From Gemmatimonadota bacterium (GTDB taxonomy: Bacteria > Gemmatimonadota > Gemmatimonadetes > Palauibacterales > Palauibacteraceae): a DNA stretch of 64,000 nt. The stretch lies in contig JBATJK010000299.1 of the NCBI GenBank assembly GCA_049668445.1, positions 55,973 through 119,972 on the forward strand, given 5' to 3'. Positions 36,548 to 46,742 of the stretch are shown piece by piece. A program made the translations under genes and the position numbers. The notes below the pieces were generated by a model. That model was not told where the DNA came from. It made no database searches and saw only the letters and a list, made by a program, of their open reading frames with translations. How positions within the stretch are numbered: the stretch's first letter is position 1; the number at the start of each line of letters is the position of its first letter.

Positions 36548-38624
36548 ACTGTCGCCCGGAGGCCGGAAGGCCGCACTGATCGTACACGGAGGCGTCCGCC
36601 AGGTTTTGGACGCCTCCGGTGATCCGCAGCGTCCGCTCGCGCGGTCCTCGACCGAGGGTCCAGGATCGGCCCAGCTCGATTCCTCCCCACGCGGCCTCGT
36701 CCAGGCGCACATCAGCCTCCAGGTCGGGGTGAACGCAGTACTGCTGACCGACATAACTCACCCTGAGGCGGGCCAATACCGCGGCCGGTAGCCGGACTCC
36801 GAGTTCCAGGCTGCCCGCCAGAGACGGTTGGTACTCCGGCTGCCGTTCGTCGCTCGGCGCCGCTGGATCGTCGATCGATACGCCCTGGAACGTTAAGTCG
36901 CCGTCGAGAAGAACCGACTTCCACCGGACTCCGCCGACCAGCTCCAGGCCAGTGGCCAGCACACGGTCACGATTCACGCGCTGGAAGCGCCCATCCCCGG
37001 CACTCGTCCGCACGATCCCGTCGGACAACCGATGATGAAATACCACCGCCTGCCATTGGCTGGAGGAGCCCCCACCCGTGAGCCCGAGTTCCACCGCGAG
37101 AAGGGTCTCCGGACCCAGTCCCGGATTCACCACGAAGCGGCCCAAGGCCCCGGAGTACAACTCCCGCAGTGAAGGCGCCCTCGTCCGTCGACTGATTCCA
37201 GCATGGGCCCTCCCTCGTACGGCGGGGACCCCCAGGGTGGCTGCCGCCTTTCCCCCCCAATCCCAGATCGCGGATCGCGACGGCTGGCTGCCCGTCTCAG
37301 GTGTATCGGATCCATCCAGGCTGGCACCCAGAAGCAGTCCGAGCCCATTGTCGTCGTCCCGACCCCAGAGCGGGATCGAGAGCTCCGCCGCACCACTGAA
37401 GAGGCGTTGTCGGTACCGATTCTGGCCACCCGGATTCAGGGTCTCGTCGTGGCGGGTCTCCGCTCCCGTGAGGCTCGCCCCCAGCTCTCCCCACCCGAGA
37501 GATTGGGCGCCGTCGGCTTTGAGCGTAAACGTTCTGTCCTCGCCGACCTCATGGCCGGTCACCGCTGCGTAATCGGGAGAATCGTACTCGTCGATCTCGA
37601 AGCGACCGACGTCGATGGCACCTCGAAGGCTGAGGCTGCCCGAGCGAGGGCTCCCAGGTTCCCAGCCCATACCGGCGCCCAGAACGGTCACCCATCGACG
37701 TGTGACGGGGAGGCGCCACAACCGGGGCTCGGCAACGTGGAGCTCTGGAGCCACCCCGCGCTCGGCCCCGAAGGCCACAGACGAAAGTCCCAGCCACTGC
37801 CCGCGTTCACCCTGGACCCTCCCCGCGACGAAGGCATTCCACTGTTTGAGATCGCTGTTGATCTGCTGTCCGGGATCGGCGGAAGAAGGTTGCTCGATCG
37901 ATTCTCCGATGGGCCGGTAGTCCCATTGCCTGTACCCGCCGCCTGCCCGAACCTGAGCGGCTCCGCTGCCCAGACCGAAGCCCCGCTGACCGGACAGGTC
38001 CGCGCCCAGCGAGCCGCCGGTCCCGGCCCCGGCACGAGCCCGGATCGTGCTCGGTTCGTGCGGCTCCGAATACCTGGGGGCGACCCCGACCTGCACGACA
38101 CCGCCCAATACGTTGGGCCCGGCGAGGAGAGAAGAGAGCCCTCGAATCGCCGTGATCCGGGTCACACCGCTCAACGGAACCACGGACAGGTCCACCCGGT
38201 TGTCCCAACCGATCGTCAAGGGAATTCCATCCAACGAAACTGAGACCTGTCTTGATTCTGATCCCCTGAGCGTGATGTGGGTCTCGCCCCTGGAATTGTC
38301 CCGGACCCGAACGAGGGGCATCTCGCGGAGCATGTCCGCCAACGACAGGGCCGGCGGCGAGTCCGCCGAGTCGAGGTCGGCGATCAGCGCGCTCGCCGAG
38401 CCCAGGACCTGAGGCGTCGCCACCCGGGCTACCAGCGGATCCAGAACGGTCGGGGTGGTGTCGCGGGGTTGTGGGTGTACCTGCGCCTGGCCCGACTGGC
38501 TGGACCCGAGAACGATGGGCACGAGAACGCAAGCTGCGCGTGCCAGAACTCGCGTCAGCGCGAGGGAGGGGTGGCCGGTACTTAGCCGCCGGTTCGGGTA
38601 GGGGCTCGTGTCGCCAGGGTTCAT
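36522..38624 (-). CDS. TonB-dependent receptor (plug + beta-barrel)
   Basis: ATG 38624. TonB-box-like TVLDPLVARVA. The plug reads VRDNSRGETHITLRGSESRQVSVSLDGIPLT...ITAIRGLSSLLAGPNVLGGVVQV. A long beta-rich barrel follows. The 3' end overlaps the convergent paralog-2 gene by 26 nt. The last residue is Gly rather than the usual aromatic. Confidence 0.75.
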   Translation of the reverse strand: MNPGDTSPYPNRRLSTGHPSLALTRVLARAACVLVPIVLGSSQSGQAQVHPQPRDTTPTVLDPLVARVATPQVLGSASALIADLDSADSPPALSLADMLREMPLVRVRDNSRGETHITLRGSESRQVSVSLDGIPLTIGWDNRVDLSVVPLSGVTRITAIRGLSSLLAGPNVLGGVVQVGVAPRYSEPHEPSTIRARAGAGTGGSLGADLSGQRGFGLGSGAAQVRAGGGYRQWDYRPIGESIEQPSSADPGQQINSDLKQWNAFVAGRVQGERGQWLGLSSVAFGAERGVAPELHVAEPRLWRLPVTRRWVTVLGAGMGWEPGSPRSGSLSLRGAIDVGRFEIDEYDSPDYAAVTGHEVGEDRTFTLKADGAQSLGWGELGASLTGAETRHDETLNPGGQNRYRQRLFSGAAELSIPLWGRDDDNGLGLLLGASLDGSDTPETGSQPSRSAIWDWGGKAAATLGVPAVRGRAHAGISRRTRAPSLRELYSGALGRFVVNPGLGPETLLAVELGLTGGGSSSQWQAVVFHHRLSDGIVRTSAGDGRFQRVNRDRVLATGLELVGGVRWKSVLLDGDLTFQGVSIDDPAAPSDERQPEYQPSLAGSLELGVRLPAAVLARLRVSYVGQQYCVHPDLEADVRLDEAAWGGIELGRSWTLGRGPRERTLRITGGVQNLADASVYDQCGLPASGRQFTLTVGVG

Positions 38625-38776
38625 GTCCGACTGCAAACTGCCTTCTTGCCCCCCGCTCGTCCACTCCGTGTTCGGGCCCGGTAGCACGCGGGCCCGGGCG
38701 GACGATATGTTTCGGCAGCCGTCCGTCGATGGCGGCCCTCGAGTGCCAGAGCCACCCCGTTCTGCCAAGGTGAACG

Positions 38777-41700
38777 ATGATCACGGCCCATGAAAGCTGG
38801 TTGCCCTCCCTCGCCAGGATCGCTGCCTGTGCTGTCGTCGCAGCGCTCCATTCCGCTACCCCCGCGTTCGGCCAGGTCGATCCCGGGCTGCTCGCCGGAA
38901 TGACCGCCCGCTCCATCGGACCGGCGGGAATGAGCGGACGGGTAGCCGACGTGGTAGCCGCGCCCAGCGATCCGACGATCGTGTACGTCGGAGCCGCGAC
39001 GGGCGGCGTCTGGAAGTCGGTGAATGGAGGGCTCAACTTCGAGCCGGTCTTCGATGACCAGCCCGTAGCGGCGATCGGGGCCATCGCGGTCCACCCCACG
39101 GATCCAGACGTGGTATGGGTCGGCACCGGAGAAGGGAACGTTCGCAACAGCGTCTCGGTGGGCAACGGTGTCTACCGGACGCGAGACGGCGGGCGTACCT
39201 GGAAGCACCTCGGACTCGAGGCCACGGAGAGGATTCACCGCATCATCATTCACCCGCGCGACCCCAACACGGTGTGGGTGGCGGCCATGGGACAGGAGTG
39301 GGGAGAGAACCCGGAACGTGGCGTCTACCGCAGCACCGATGCCGGGGAGACCTGGGAGAAGATCCTCTACGTCAACGAGCGGAGCGGCGCGGCAGACCTG
39401 GTACTCGACCCCAGCAATCCCGACAAGCTGTTTGCCGCCATGTGGGACTACAGGCGCTGGCCGTGGTTCTTCAACTCGGGTGGGCCGGGGTCGGGTCTGC
39501 ACGTCAGCAGGGACGGCGGTGACACGTGGATCCGCCTGACGCCGGAGGACGGCCTCCCGCCGGGCGACCTCGGCCGTATCGGACTCGGAATCGCCGCGTC
39601 GGATCCGCGTATCGTGTACGCCTACATCGAAGCGAAAGAGAATGCGCTGTTCCGTTCCGACGACGGAGGCATCTCCTGGCGAGCAGTGGGGAAGGGCGAC
39701 AACGTGGGCAACCGGCCTTTCTACTACGCCGATATCCGGGTGGACCCCGAGCGGGCGGACAGAGTCTACAGTCTGTGGTCCGTCATCAGCGTGTCGGACG
39801 ACGGCGGACGCAGTTTCCGGCAACTCGTCGGCTGGGACATCCACCCGGATCACCACGCGATGTGGATCAACCCCGCGGACGCGTCTCACATCATCATCGG
39901 CAACGACGGGGGCGTGGCGATCAGCCGCGACCGCGGGCAGACGTGGCGCTTCGTCCGGAATCTCCCTCTCGCTCAATTCTATCACATCCGGGTCGACCTG
40001 GAGCAGCCGTACAACGTGTACGGGGGTATGCAGGACAACGGGTCATGGAAGGGACCGAGCACGGTGTTGGAGAACGGGGGCATCCGGAACTTCCACTGGG
40101 CGGAAGTCGGATTCGGGGACGGTTTCGACACCTCGCCAGATCCGGAAGATTCGATGCGCGGCTACTCCATGAGCCAGGAGGGCTTCCTGGCCCGCTGGGA
40201 CCTCCACACCGGAGAGCGTAAGGACATCCGGCCGGCCCCTGAGCCCGGTGGACTTCTCCGGTTCAACTGGAATGCGGGATTCGCGCAGGATCCTTTCGAC
40301 GCGGGCACCATCTATTACGGCAGCCAATTCGTCCACCGCTCGCGGGACCGGGGAGACACGTGGGAGATCATCAGCGGCGACCTCACGACCGACAACCCCG
40401 AGTGGCAGCGGCAGGCGGAAAGCGGAGGACTGACGCTCGATGTGACGGGCGCCGAGAACTTCACGAGCATCGTCTCCATCGCGCCAAGCCCGATTGCCGA
40501 GGGCGTTCTCTGGGTGGGAACGGACGACGGCCGACTTCACGTCACACGTGACGGGGGTGAGAGCTGGTCCAGCGTGGAGGACAACCTGCGCGGCGTCCCA
40601 GACAACACGTGGATTCCTCACATCGAACCGTCGCGCGTCGATGCTGGAGGAGCGTTCATCGTCCTCGACGACCACAGGCGCTCGAACTGGACTCCGTACG
40701 TCTTTCGCACGGATGACTACGGTACCCGGTGGACGCGCATCGCCGACGAGGACGACGTGTGGGGCTACGCCCTGTCCATCGCCCAGGATCCGGTGGACCC
40801 GGACCTGCTGTTCCTGGGCACGGAGTTCGGCCTCTGGGTCACGACCGACGGTGGTGGGGAGTGGTTCAAATGGACACACGGCGTGCCGACGGTCGGTGTG
40901 CGGGACCTGGTCGTGCATCCGCGCGATCATGATCTGGTCATCGGTACCCATGGGCGAGCGGCATATATCCTCGACGATGTCAGCCCACTGCGCGGACTCG
41001 ATGGGGCGGTGCTCAACGAGAACCTGCACCTGTTTCCGGTGTCTGACGCCGTGCAGTACCGCAGTCGGCAGACCGGAGCGAGCCGCTTCCCCGGGCACGG
41101 AGAGTTCCGTGGCGAGAGCCGTTCCACGGGCGCGCTCATCACCGTCGTAGTCAACGGTGATGAACTGCCGCACCCCGACGAGTGGAAGGAGAGGGAGCGC
41201 CAGGAAGCCGCCAGGGCCGGGGACGCCCCGGCAACGTCGACTGATGAGGTCGAGGAGGCTGAAGCGGATGGGGAAAGGACCCTGATCGAACTCAGCGTGG
41301 CGGACGAATCCGGGACCGTCATTCGGACCTGGGAAGAGGAGGTTCACCTTGGGCTGAACCGGGTGTCGTGGAACCTTCGCCGAGACGGGTTCGAGCGACC
41401 CGACACGGGGAAGGGAGATGCAGAGGACTCTGACTTCAGGCCGAGCGGGATTCGGGTTCTTCCCGGCTCCTACACGCTGACCGTGACGTTCGGAGACCAC
41501 GAACAAGCGTCGACCTTCTCGGTCCTGGCGGATCCCAGAGAGAAGGCCAGTCCGGAGGACAGGAGGGCCAAGTACGAAGCGCTCCTCGCAGCCGGAGAAG
41601 TGCGCGAGTCGGTCGCCGATGCGCTGAGCCTGATCTATCGTATCCGGGCCGACCTGAAGGCGTCGCTCGACGCGGCCGACCGCATGTCTCCGGATGCCGA

Positions 41701-42064
41701 GGATGACCTTGGCGAGGACGCCGCGGAGGATGAAGAGGGCCTGGAAGGACAGGCTCGAGAGATACGGCGCCGACTCAAGGAAATCGAGGAGAGACTGTGG
41801 GTCCCGGACGACACCAAGGGCATCGTGTACTCGGATGATCGGGTGTGGAATCGGCTTGGTTATGCGATGGGTTCCATGCAATCGTCCTGGGACGCCCCGA
41901 CGGGCGCGCAACTTGCGTATCTCGCCGCGGCGGAGGGGGCGGCTGCCGAGGCGCTTCGCGATCTCGACACTCTGTATGCCGGTGAAGTAGCTTCGTTCAG
42001 GGAGGCGGTTCGTGCTGCGGGACTTATGTTGATGCCCGAGGAGGACACGCCCGCACTGCCATGA
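38777..42064 (+). CDS. BNR/Asp-box repeat, sortilin-like beta-propeller protein, secreted, paralog 3
   Basis: Signal peptide LARIAACAVVAALHSATPAFGQ. Asp-boxes: TRDGGRTW, STDAGETW, SRDGGDTW, SDDGGISW, SDDGGRSF, SRDRGQTW, SRDRGDTW, TRDGGESW and TTDGGGEW. The protein is 1095 aa. Confidence 0.8.
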   Translation: MITAHESWLPSLARIAACAVVAALHSATPAFGQVDPGLLAGMTARSIGPAGMSGRVADVVAAPSDPTIVYVGAATGGVWKSVNGGLNFEPVFDDQPVAAIGAIAVHPTDPDVVWVGTGEGNVRNSVSVGNGVYRTRDGGRTWKHLGLEATERIHRIIIHPRDPNTVWVAAMGQEWGENPERGVYRSTDAGETWEKILYVNERSGAADLVLDPSNPDKLFAAMWDYRRWPWFFNSGGPGSGLHVSRDGGDTWIRLTPEDGLPPGDLGRIGLGIAASDPRIVYAYIEAKENALFRSDDGGISWRAVGKGDNVGNRPFYYADIRVDPERADRVYSLWSVISVSDDGGRSFRQLVGWDIHPDHHAMWINPADASHIIIGNDGGVAISRDRGQTWRFVRNLPLAQFYHIRVDLEQPYNVYGGMQDNGSWKGPSTVLENGGIRNFHWAEVGFGDGFDTSPDPEDSMRGYSMSQEGFLARWDLHTGERKDIRPAPEPGGLLRFNWNAGFAQDPFDAGTIYYGSQFVHRSRDRGDTWEIISGDLTTDNPEWQRQAESGGLTLDVTGAENFTSIVSIAPSPIAEGVLWVGTDDGRLHVTRDGGESWSSVEDNLRGVPDNTWIPHIEPSRVDAGGAFIVLDDHRRSNWTPYVFRTDDYGTRWTRIADEDDVWGYALSIAQDPVDPDLLFLGTEFGLWVTTDGGGEWFKWTHGVPTVGVRDLVVHPRDHDLVIGTHGRAAYILDDVSPLRGLDGAVLNENLHLFPVSDAVQYRSRQTGASRFPGHGEFRGESRSTGALITVVVNGDELPHPDEWKERERQEAARAGDAPATSTDEVEEAEADGERTLIELSVADESGTVIRTWEEEVHLGLNRVSWNLRRDGFERPDTGKGDAEDSDFRPSGIRVLPGSYTLTVTFGDHEQASTFSVLADPREKASPEDRRAKYEALLAAGEVRESVADALSLIYRIRADLKASLDAADRMSPDAEDDLGEDAAEDEEGLEGQAREIRRRLKEIEERLWVPDDTKGIVYSDDRVWNRLGYAMGSMQSSWDAPTGAQLAYLAAAEGAAAEALRDLDTLYAGEVASFREAVRAAGLMLMPEEDTPALP

Positions 42065-42105
42065 ATCACGGGCATCGATCGGTCTGCCGACAGGGAGGAG
42101 ACAGT

Positions 42106-42309
42106 ATGGAGGTCAAAGTGCTTCTGCAGGGACCTGACACGGTCCACCCGCTGGTTATTACTGTGCCGGAAGGTGAGGACCCCACGCAACGTCTGTCTTC
42201 CGCTATCGCCCAGAACGCGGCGGTGTTCACGATAGGAGTCAGCTCGTTCCGTACTGACAGAGTCCTCGCCGTCACCATCCAGGAACCGAACCTGCGTACG
42301 TCCTGGTAG
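42106..42309 (+). CDS. small hypothetical protein (67 aa)
   Basis: ATG 42106 is preceded by GGGAGGAG, with a 5-nt spacer. I recognise no family. It lies between paralog 3 and the convergent M64 peptidase gene. Confidence 0.3.
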   Translation: MEVKVLLQGPDTVHPLVITVPEGEDPTQRLSSAIAQNAAVFTIGVSSFRTDRVLAVTIQEPNLRTSW

Positions 42310-42315
42310 GGTCGC

Positions 42316-43779
42316 CTACGAAGAGTAGAGGGCTATCACGCGCTCGATAGCTCTCTGACACACGCGGCAGAAGTAGTCCGTCCGCGTGAACATGATACAA
42401 TCGGTCTCTGACCGGTACAGACCTCTGGATTCGTACATGGCTCCCTCGAAGGCACCGACGTGCCCCGAGTGCTCCATCGCGTGAAGTAGCTCGCTTTCGA
42501 TTCTCCTCTGTTCCTCGAAGAGCGCATCGAACTGGGCTTCCGGTGCCTGCCGGTCGATGAGTGCTTCCCTCCTCGCCTGGATCGATCGAGCGTGCTCCTC
42601 GTACTCCTCTTTGTCCCACGGCGTCGGAAGAGGCCGGCCCGCCTCCACCAGGTCACCCCACTTGAGATCCTCGGGATCCAGCAGCGCGGTCACGTTGGGC
42701 TCCCAGGGCTCAGGGCGACGCGTGTCACCCGTCTCGTAGGCGACACTGGACGTGTAGTACTCATCTGCCAGGCCAGCGAAGTGGTGGCCGAACTCGTGCA
42801 CGAAGATGTAATCGGCGAATTCCGTATCGACAGCTGTCGTCGCCTGGAAGTTATGGATGCCGCCACCGCCGTACTGCTTTTCATTTACGAGTATTTCGAC
42901 GAACTCGTAGGGAGCGGCCGACAGCACGTCTCTCAAGCGGCGGTTGTCGAACGTGAGCAGGTAGCGCTCCGAACCGAAGATGTTGTACTCGGCCGAGACC
43001 GGCGTTCGCCGAAACTGCCGCACGTGTGGCCGGTTCACGCCGGAGGTTTCGGACGGGAGGTCGATCGCCCAGACATTGAAATCGGACCTGCGTGACTTGA
43101 ACGGCTCCGTCTCGAAGAGCCGTTCGACCAGCCGAGTGACGTCCGAGTGGAACTTGTCCATCTCGGCTTCGGTGTAGCCCTCACCGAGGAGTACGAGATC
43201 GACCTTTTCGGTGGGATCGCCATTCTCGAACACCGGCCACACCCGCCCCTCCATGGGCGGCTGTGCCGGATTCACGAAGCGGGAGTCCGGGTCGAGCGGA
43301 ACGGACCACAACTCGCGAAAGGCGCCCTCGGCGTCCCTCTTCTTGAGGACCACCTGGACCCGCTGCAGTGGCCAGGGAAATCGAAGCGACTCGTGAAATG
43401 TCCGGTATGTCCGTCGAGCCTCACCCGTCGTCTCCCACTCTCCATAGATCGAAGCGAATCCGCGCGAGTAGATGACCCGGTTGCTGCTCGGGTCGATGAT
43501 CTCGAACAGGTACTTGCCCAGGTTCGTGTCGTCTACCAGCTGCGTGAGGCTGCCCGCCCACGGGCCGTCAGACACCACCCGGTCCAGCGCCAGGATCTCC
43601 TCGCCCATTCCGCCGGAGTGGAAGTAGTCGAGTCTCATGGTCCGCTGTCGGAAGTGATCGTCGAAATCGGTCGGAAGTGCCTGCGCTCGTACAGAACCGA
43701 TATCCAGGCAGAGCAGCGCCATCGTGACCCCGAGAACGATCCGTGCGGCGGGCGAGTGAGTACTGACGAGACCGAACAT
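42316..43779 (-). CDS. M64 family metallopeptidase (IgA-peptidase-like), secreted
   Basis: ATG 43779 is preceded by AGGAGG. Signal peptide ARIVLGVTMALLCLDIGSVRAQA. Zinc motif FVHEFGHHFAGLADEYY. The ORF-track extension to 44334 was rejected. Confidence 0.85.
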   Translation of the reverse strand: MFGLVSTHSPAARIVLGVTMALLCLDIGSVRAQALPTDFDDHFRQRTMRLDYFHSGGMGEEILALDRVVSDGPWAGSLTQLVDDTNLGKYLFEIIDPSSNRVIYSRGFASIYGEWETTGEARRTYRTFHESLRFPWPLQRVQVVLKKRDAEGAFRELWSVPLDPDSRFVNPAQPPMEGRVWPVFENGDPTEKVDLVLLGEGYTEAEMDKFHSDVTRLVERLFETEPFKSRRSDFNVWAIDLPSETSGVNRPHVRQFRRTPVSAEYNIFGSERYLLTFDNRRLRDVLSAAPYEFVEILVNEKQYGGGGIHNFQATTAVDTEFADYIFVHEFGHHFAGLADEYYTSSVAYETGDTRRPEPWEPNVTALLDPEDLKWGDLVEAGRPLPTPWDKEEYEEHARSIQARREALIDRQAPEAQFDALFEEQRRIESELLHAMEHSGHVGAFEGAMYESRGLYRSETDCIMFTRTDYFCRVCQRAIERVIALYSS

Positions 43780-43968
43780 GGTGCCTCCTGTCGAGGGACT
43801 GAATTCTGAGGCAAGGTCGTAGCGGTGGAAGCAGGCCACAAGGACGCCTGGTCGAGGGTCAGGATACCTCAGGACGCCCCGATAGCGTAGCTTGCGCCAT
43901 GGCCCCACAAGGTGGGGAATACACCTGGTATCGCCCGTCCGGAGGGAAGGCGAGAGAGGGACTGCCAG

Positions 43969-44607
43969 ATGGCACTGGAAGCCGTGGAGGGCATGATCGT
44001 CGATGCCCTTGCCGACGAACAGAAGACCGGACGCCTCGCCAACGCTCTTCGCGAGCGAGCCGCGGCGCATGGCCGCTCTCCAGGCGATGACGACGTGCGT
44101 GGCGCCGTTGGATTTGTCGTCGAGTACGTGGAGCATGTCCCGGCCTACCTGCGTGATGGTCTCGAGGCCGCACGGATGGTGGGACGCGAGGAGGAGATGT
44201 CGACCGTCATTCGAGAGGCGACTGAATACTGGTTGACCGAGGCGGACATCATTCCCGACCGCCTCGGACTCCTGGGGATCCTCGACGACGCTTACTACTC
44301 GCTCACCTTGATGCAGGCGGTGTCTGACCGGCACGAGGAGGAAGTCGGCCGGGCATTGTTCTCACGGAACCTCAAGGCGGCGAACGCTTCCATCCGCAAC
44401 CTGATCGGTGAACCGGCGGCCTCCCAGATCGACATGTTTGTGGGCACGCGATTGGACGCCGACCCCATGACGCAGATGGTGCGGGCTTTGACCGCGATCA
44501 GTTCTCACCGCGGCGCTTTCCCGATCCCGCGTCGAGACAGGATATGGGGAGACCGTTCGACGGAGGAGATCGTGCAGGCCCGCCTCGGAGGCCTGGGGCT
44601 GGCCTGA
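43969..44607 (+). CDS. hypothetical protein with DUF1232-like IPD...LG.LDD motif
   Basis: ATG 43969. The motif TEADIIPDRLGLLGILDDAYYSL resembles the DUF1232/YkvA core. There is no other recognisable domain. Confidence 0.45.
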   Translation: MALEAVEGMIVDALADEQKTGRLANALRERAAAHGRSPGDDDVRGAVGFVVEYVEHVPAYLRDGLEAARMVGREEEMSTVIREATEYWLTEADIIPDRLGLLGILDDAYYSLTLMQAVSDRHEEEVGRALFSRNLKAANASIRNLIGEPAASQIDMFVGTRLDADPMTQMVRALTAISSHRGAFPIPRRDRIWGDRSTEEIVQARLGGLGLA

Positions 44608-44723
44608 GTTGGTTCTTTTGCGGGTCCGCTCGGCACGGTAGTTTGGGCGCGCATCGATCGCAGTACGTCGAGTCTGCCGCGTACCACCCCGTCACGACAC
44701 GTAACACGACCACGGAGAATACG

Positions 44724-46058
44724 ATGTCCGAGATATCAGTACCGGCCAGCGAAGTGTTTCCGATCCTGGAGAGGAACATTCTCGTGGACGGTTTTCACAT
44801 CGTGATCGATCTGGACAAGTCGAGTGGTTCGGTCATGGTCGACGCCCTGACCGGCAAAGAGTACATCGACTGCTATACGTACTTCGCAACTCTCCCGATC
44901 GGCCACAACCATCCGAAGATGGACGATCCGGGTTTTCGATCCTCGCTCATGAGGGCGGCTGTGGCCAATCCGGCCAACAGCGATGTCTATTCTCGAGAGT
45001 ACGCGGGATTCGTGGACACGTTCCGGCGTGTAGCGGTGCCTGACGCGTTTCGGTACCTGTTCTTCGTGGCGGGGGGAGCGCTGGCGGTTGAGAACGCCAT
45101 GAAGGCCGCGTTCGACTGGAAGTCCCGGCTCAACGAGCAGAATGGGATAGAAGGCGGCGGCGACCGGATCCTGCACTTCAGGCACGCGTTCCACGGGCGC
45201 AGCGGCTATACGCTCTCCGTCACGAATACCGACCCCACCAAGACGGCTCGCTTCCCGAAGTTCGACTGGCCCCGGATTTCGAGCCCCGCGATGCAGTTCC
45301 CGTTGGACGAGGACGCGACTGCAGCGGCCGAGGAAGCTTCGGTTGCCGAGATCGAGGAGGCCTTCCGGGCGGACCCGCACGGAATCGCGGCCATCCTGAT
45401 CGAGCCGATCCAGGGCGAGGGAGGAGACCGCCATTTCCGTCCCGTGTTCCTGCAGCGCCTCCGCGAACTAGCTGACCGTCACGAGGCACTTCTGATCTTC
45501 GACGAAGTACAGACCGGGCTCGGCCTGACCGGATCCATGTGGGCCTTTGAGACGTTGGGTGTGACACCCGATATCGTGGCGTTCGGGAAGAAGACCCAGG
45601 TTTGCGGGATCATGAGCACGAAGCGCATCGACGGTGTCGAGGACAACGTGTTCCACGTGTCATCGCGCATCAATTCGACTTGGGGCGGGAACCTGGTCGA
45701 CATGATCCGCTGCGCCCGCTACCTGGAGATCGTCGAGGAAGACGACCTGGTAGAGAACGCAGCCAGGGTAGGGGAGCACCTCATGCGTGGACTCCGGGAA
45801 GTTCAGGTTGAATTCCCGGCGGTCACAAACGTGCGAGGCCTGGGCCTCATGATCGCCTTCGACCTGCCGGATGGAACCACAAGGGATGCGCTTCGGGGAC
45901 AGTGCTGGGACAACGGCCTGGCGACCCTGGTCTGCGGTCCTCGCTCGATCCGCTTCCGCCCCCCGCTCACCTTCAGCGTGGCTGATGCCGACCGATCGCT
46001 CGAAATCCTCCGCGACTGCCTGGCGGCGGTGGTCGAGCCCCTGGCCGGCGCCGTATAG
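44724..46058 (+). CDS. lat: L-lysine 6-transaminase (class III PLP aminotransferase)
   Basis: ATG 44724. The N-terminus VDGFHIVIDLDKSSGSVMVDALTGKEYIDCYTYFATLPIGHNHP is typical of Lat. It also has LIFDEVQTGLGLTG and FGKKTQVCG (PLP-Lys). Confidence 0.8.
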   Translation: MSEISVPASEVFPILERNILVDGFHIVIDLDKSSGSVMVDALTGKEYIDCYTYFATLPIGHNHPKMDDPGFRSSLMRAAVANPANSDVYSREYAGFVDTFRRVAVPDAFRYLFFVAGGALAVENAMKAAFDWKSRLNEQNGIEGGGDRILHFRHAFHGRSGYTLSVTNTDPTKTARFPKFDWPRISSPAMQFPLDEDATAAAEEASVAEIEEAFRADPHGIAAILIEPIQGEGGDRHFRPVFLQRLRELADRHEALLIFDEVQTGLGLTGSMWAFETLGVTPDIVAFGKKTQVCGIMSTKRIDGVEDNVFHVSSRINSTWGGNLVDMIRCARYLEIVEEDDLVENAARVGEHLMRGLREVQVEFPAVTNVRGLGLMIAFDLPDGTTRDALRGQCWDNGLATLVCGPRSIRFRPPLTFSVADADRSLEILRDCLAAVVEPLAGAV

Positions 46059-46186
46059 ACGAGACGGAACGAGAGTCAGGCTTGGTTCCGGCACACGCAG
46101 AACCGGCCGGGTCCCCGCGCCCCGGGGAGGGAGGCTTCCCCAGGAGCGCACGGCCCGGCCGGTAGGTCGTTACCCGCCGTCTTAAC

Positions 46187-46675
46187 TCAGATGAAGATCG
46201 TCTGAGCTCCCTCTGACTTGTCGAAGAAGTCCATCGCCGTGATGATGTCCTTGACCTGGGGAAGCAGATCCTTCTTGTCGATGTCCATCATCTCCGCCGC
46301 CATCTGGCACCCGTAGATCTCGGCCCCCGCATCGTCGAGGATCTCGATCATCTCCCGCACCGTCGGGATATCGAGTTCGTCGATCTTCTTCTTCATCATC
46401 TTGGTGGCGAGTCCCTCCATCCCCGGGAGCCCGGCGACCATGGCCGGCATGTGCGTCGCCGGATTGCCTACGATCCCCGTGTGCAGTTTGTCGACTCTCT
46501 TGTCGTGGATCACGTCCATGCCCCAGAACGTGAAGAAGAGGACAGCATCGATCCCCATCATGCGCGCCGCGTTCGCCAGGATCAGACCGGGATAGGCCAT
46601 ATCGAGGCTTCCCTTGGAACAAATAATGGCGACTTTCCGCGGTGCGTCGCCGTTCCCGTTTCCGTTGTCCGTCAT
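46187..46675 (-). CDS. DsrE/DsrF/DrsH-like sulfur-carrier family protein (DsrE3-like)
   Basis: KVAIICSKGSLDMAYPGLILANAA...VLFFTFWGMD and the conserved Cys in EIYGCQMA. The protein is 162 aa. Confidence 0.75.
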   Translation of the reverse strand: MTDNGNGNGDAPRKVAIICSKGSLDMAYPGLILANAARMMGIDAVLFFTFWGMDVIHDKRVDKLHTGIVGNPATHMPAMVAGLPGMEGLATKMMKKKIDELDIPTVREMIEILDDAGAEIYGCQMAAEMMDIDKKDLLPQVKDIITAMDFFDKSEGAQTIFI

Positions 46676-46742
46676 GACTAATCTCTTTCTGTTTGGCGGG
46701 GAGCGTCAGCTCCGCGCGAGTCTATTCGGAGCACCTGCGATC

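Noticed and set aside
38621-41911. Minus-strand ORFs 38621..39985 (454 aa) and 40043..41911 (622 aa).
   Set aside because: Both are antisense to BNR paralog 3, whose Asp-box repeats confirm the plus-strand frame.
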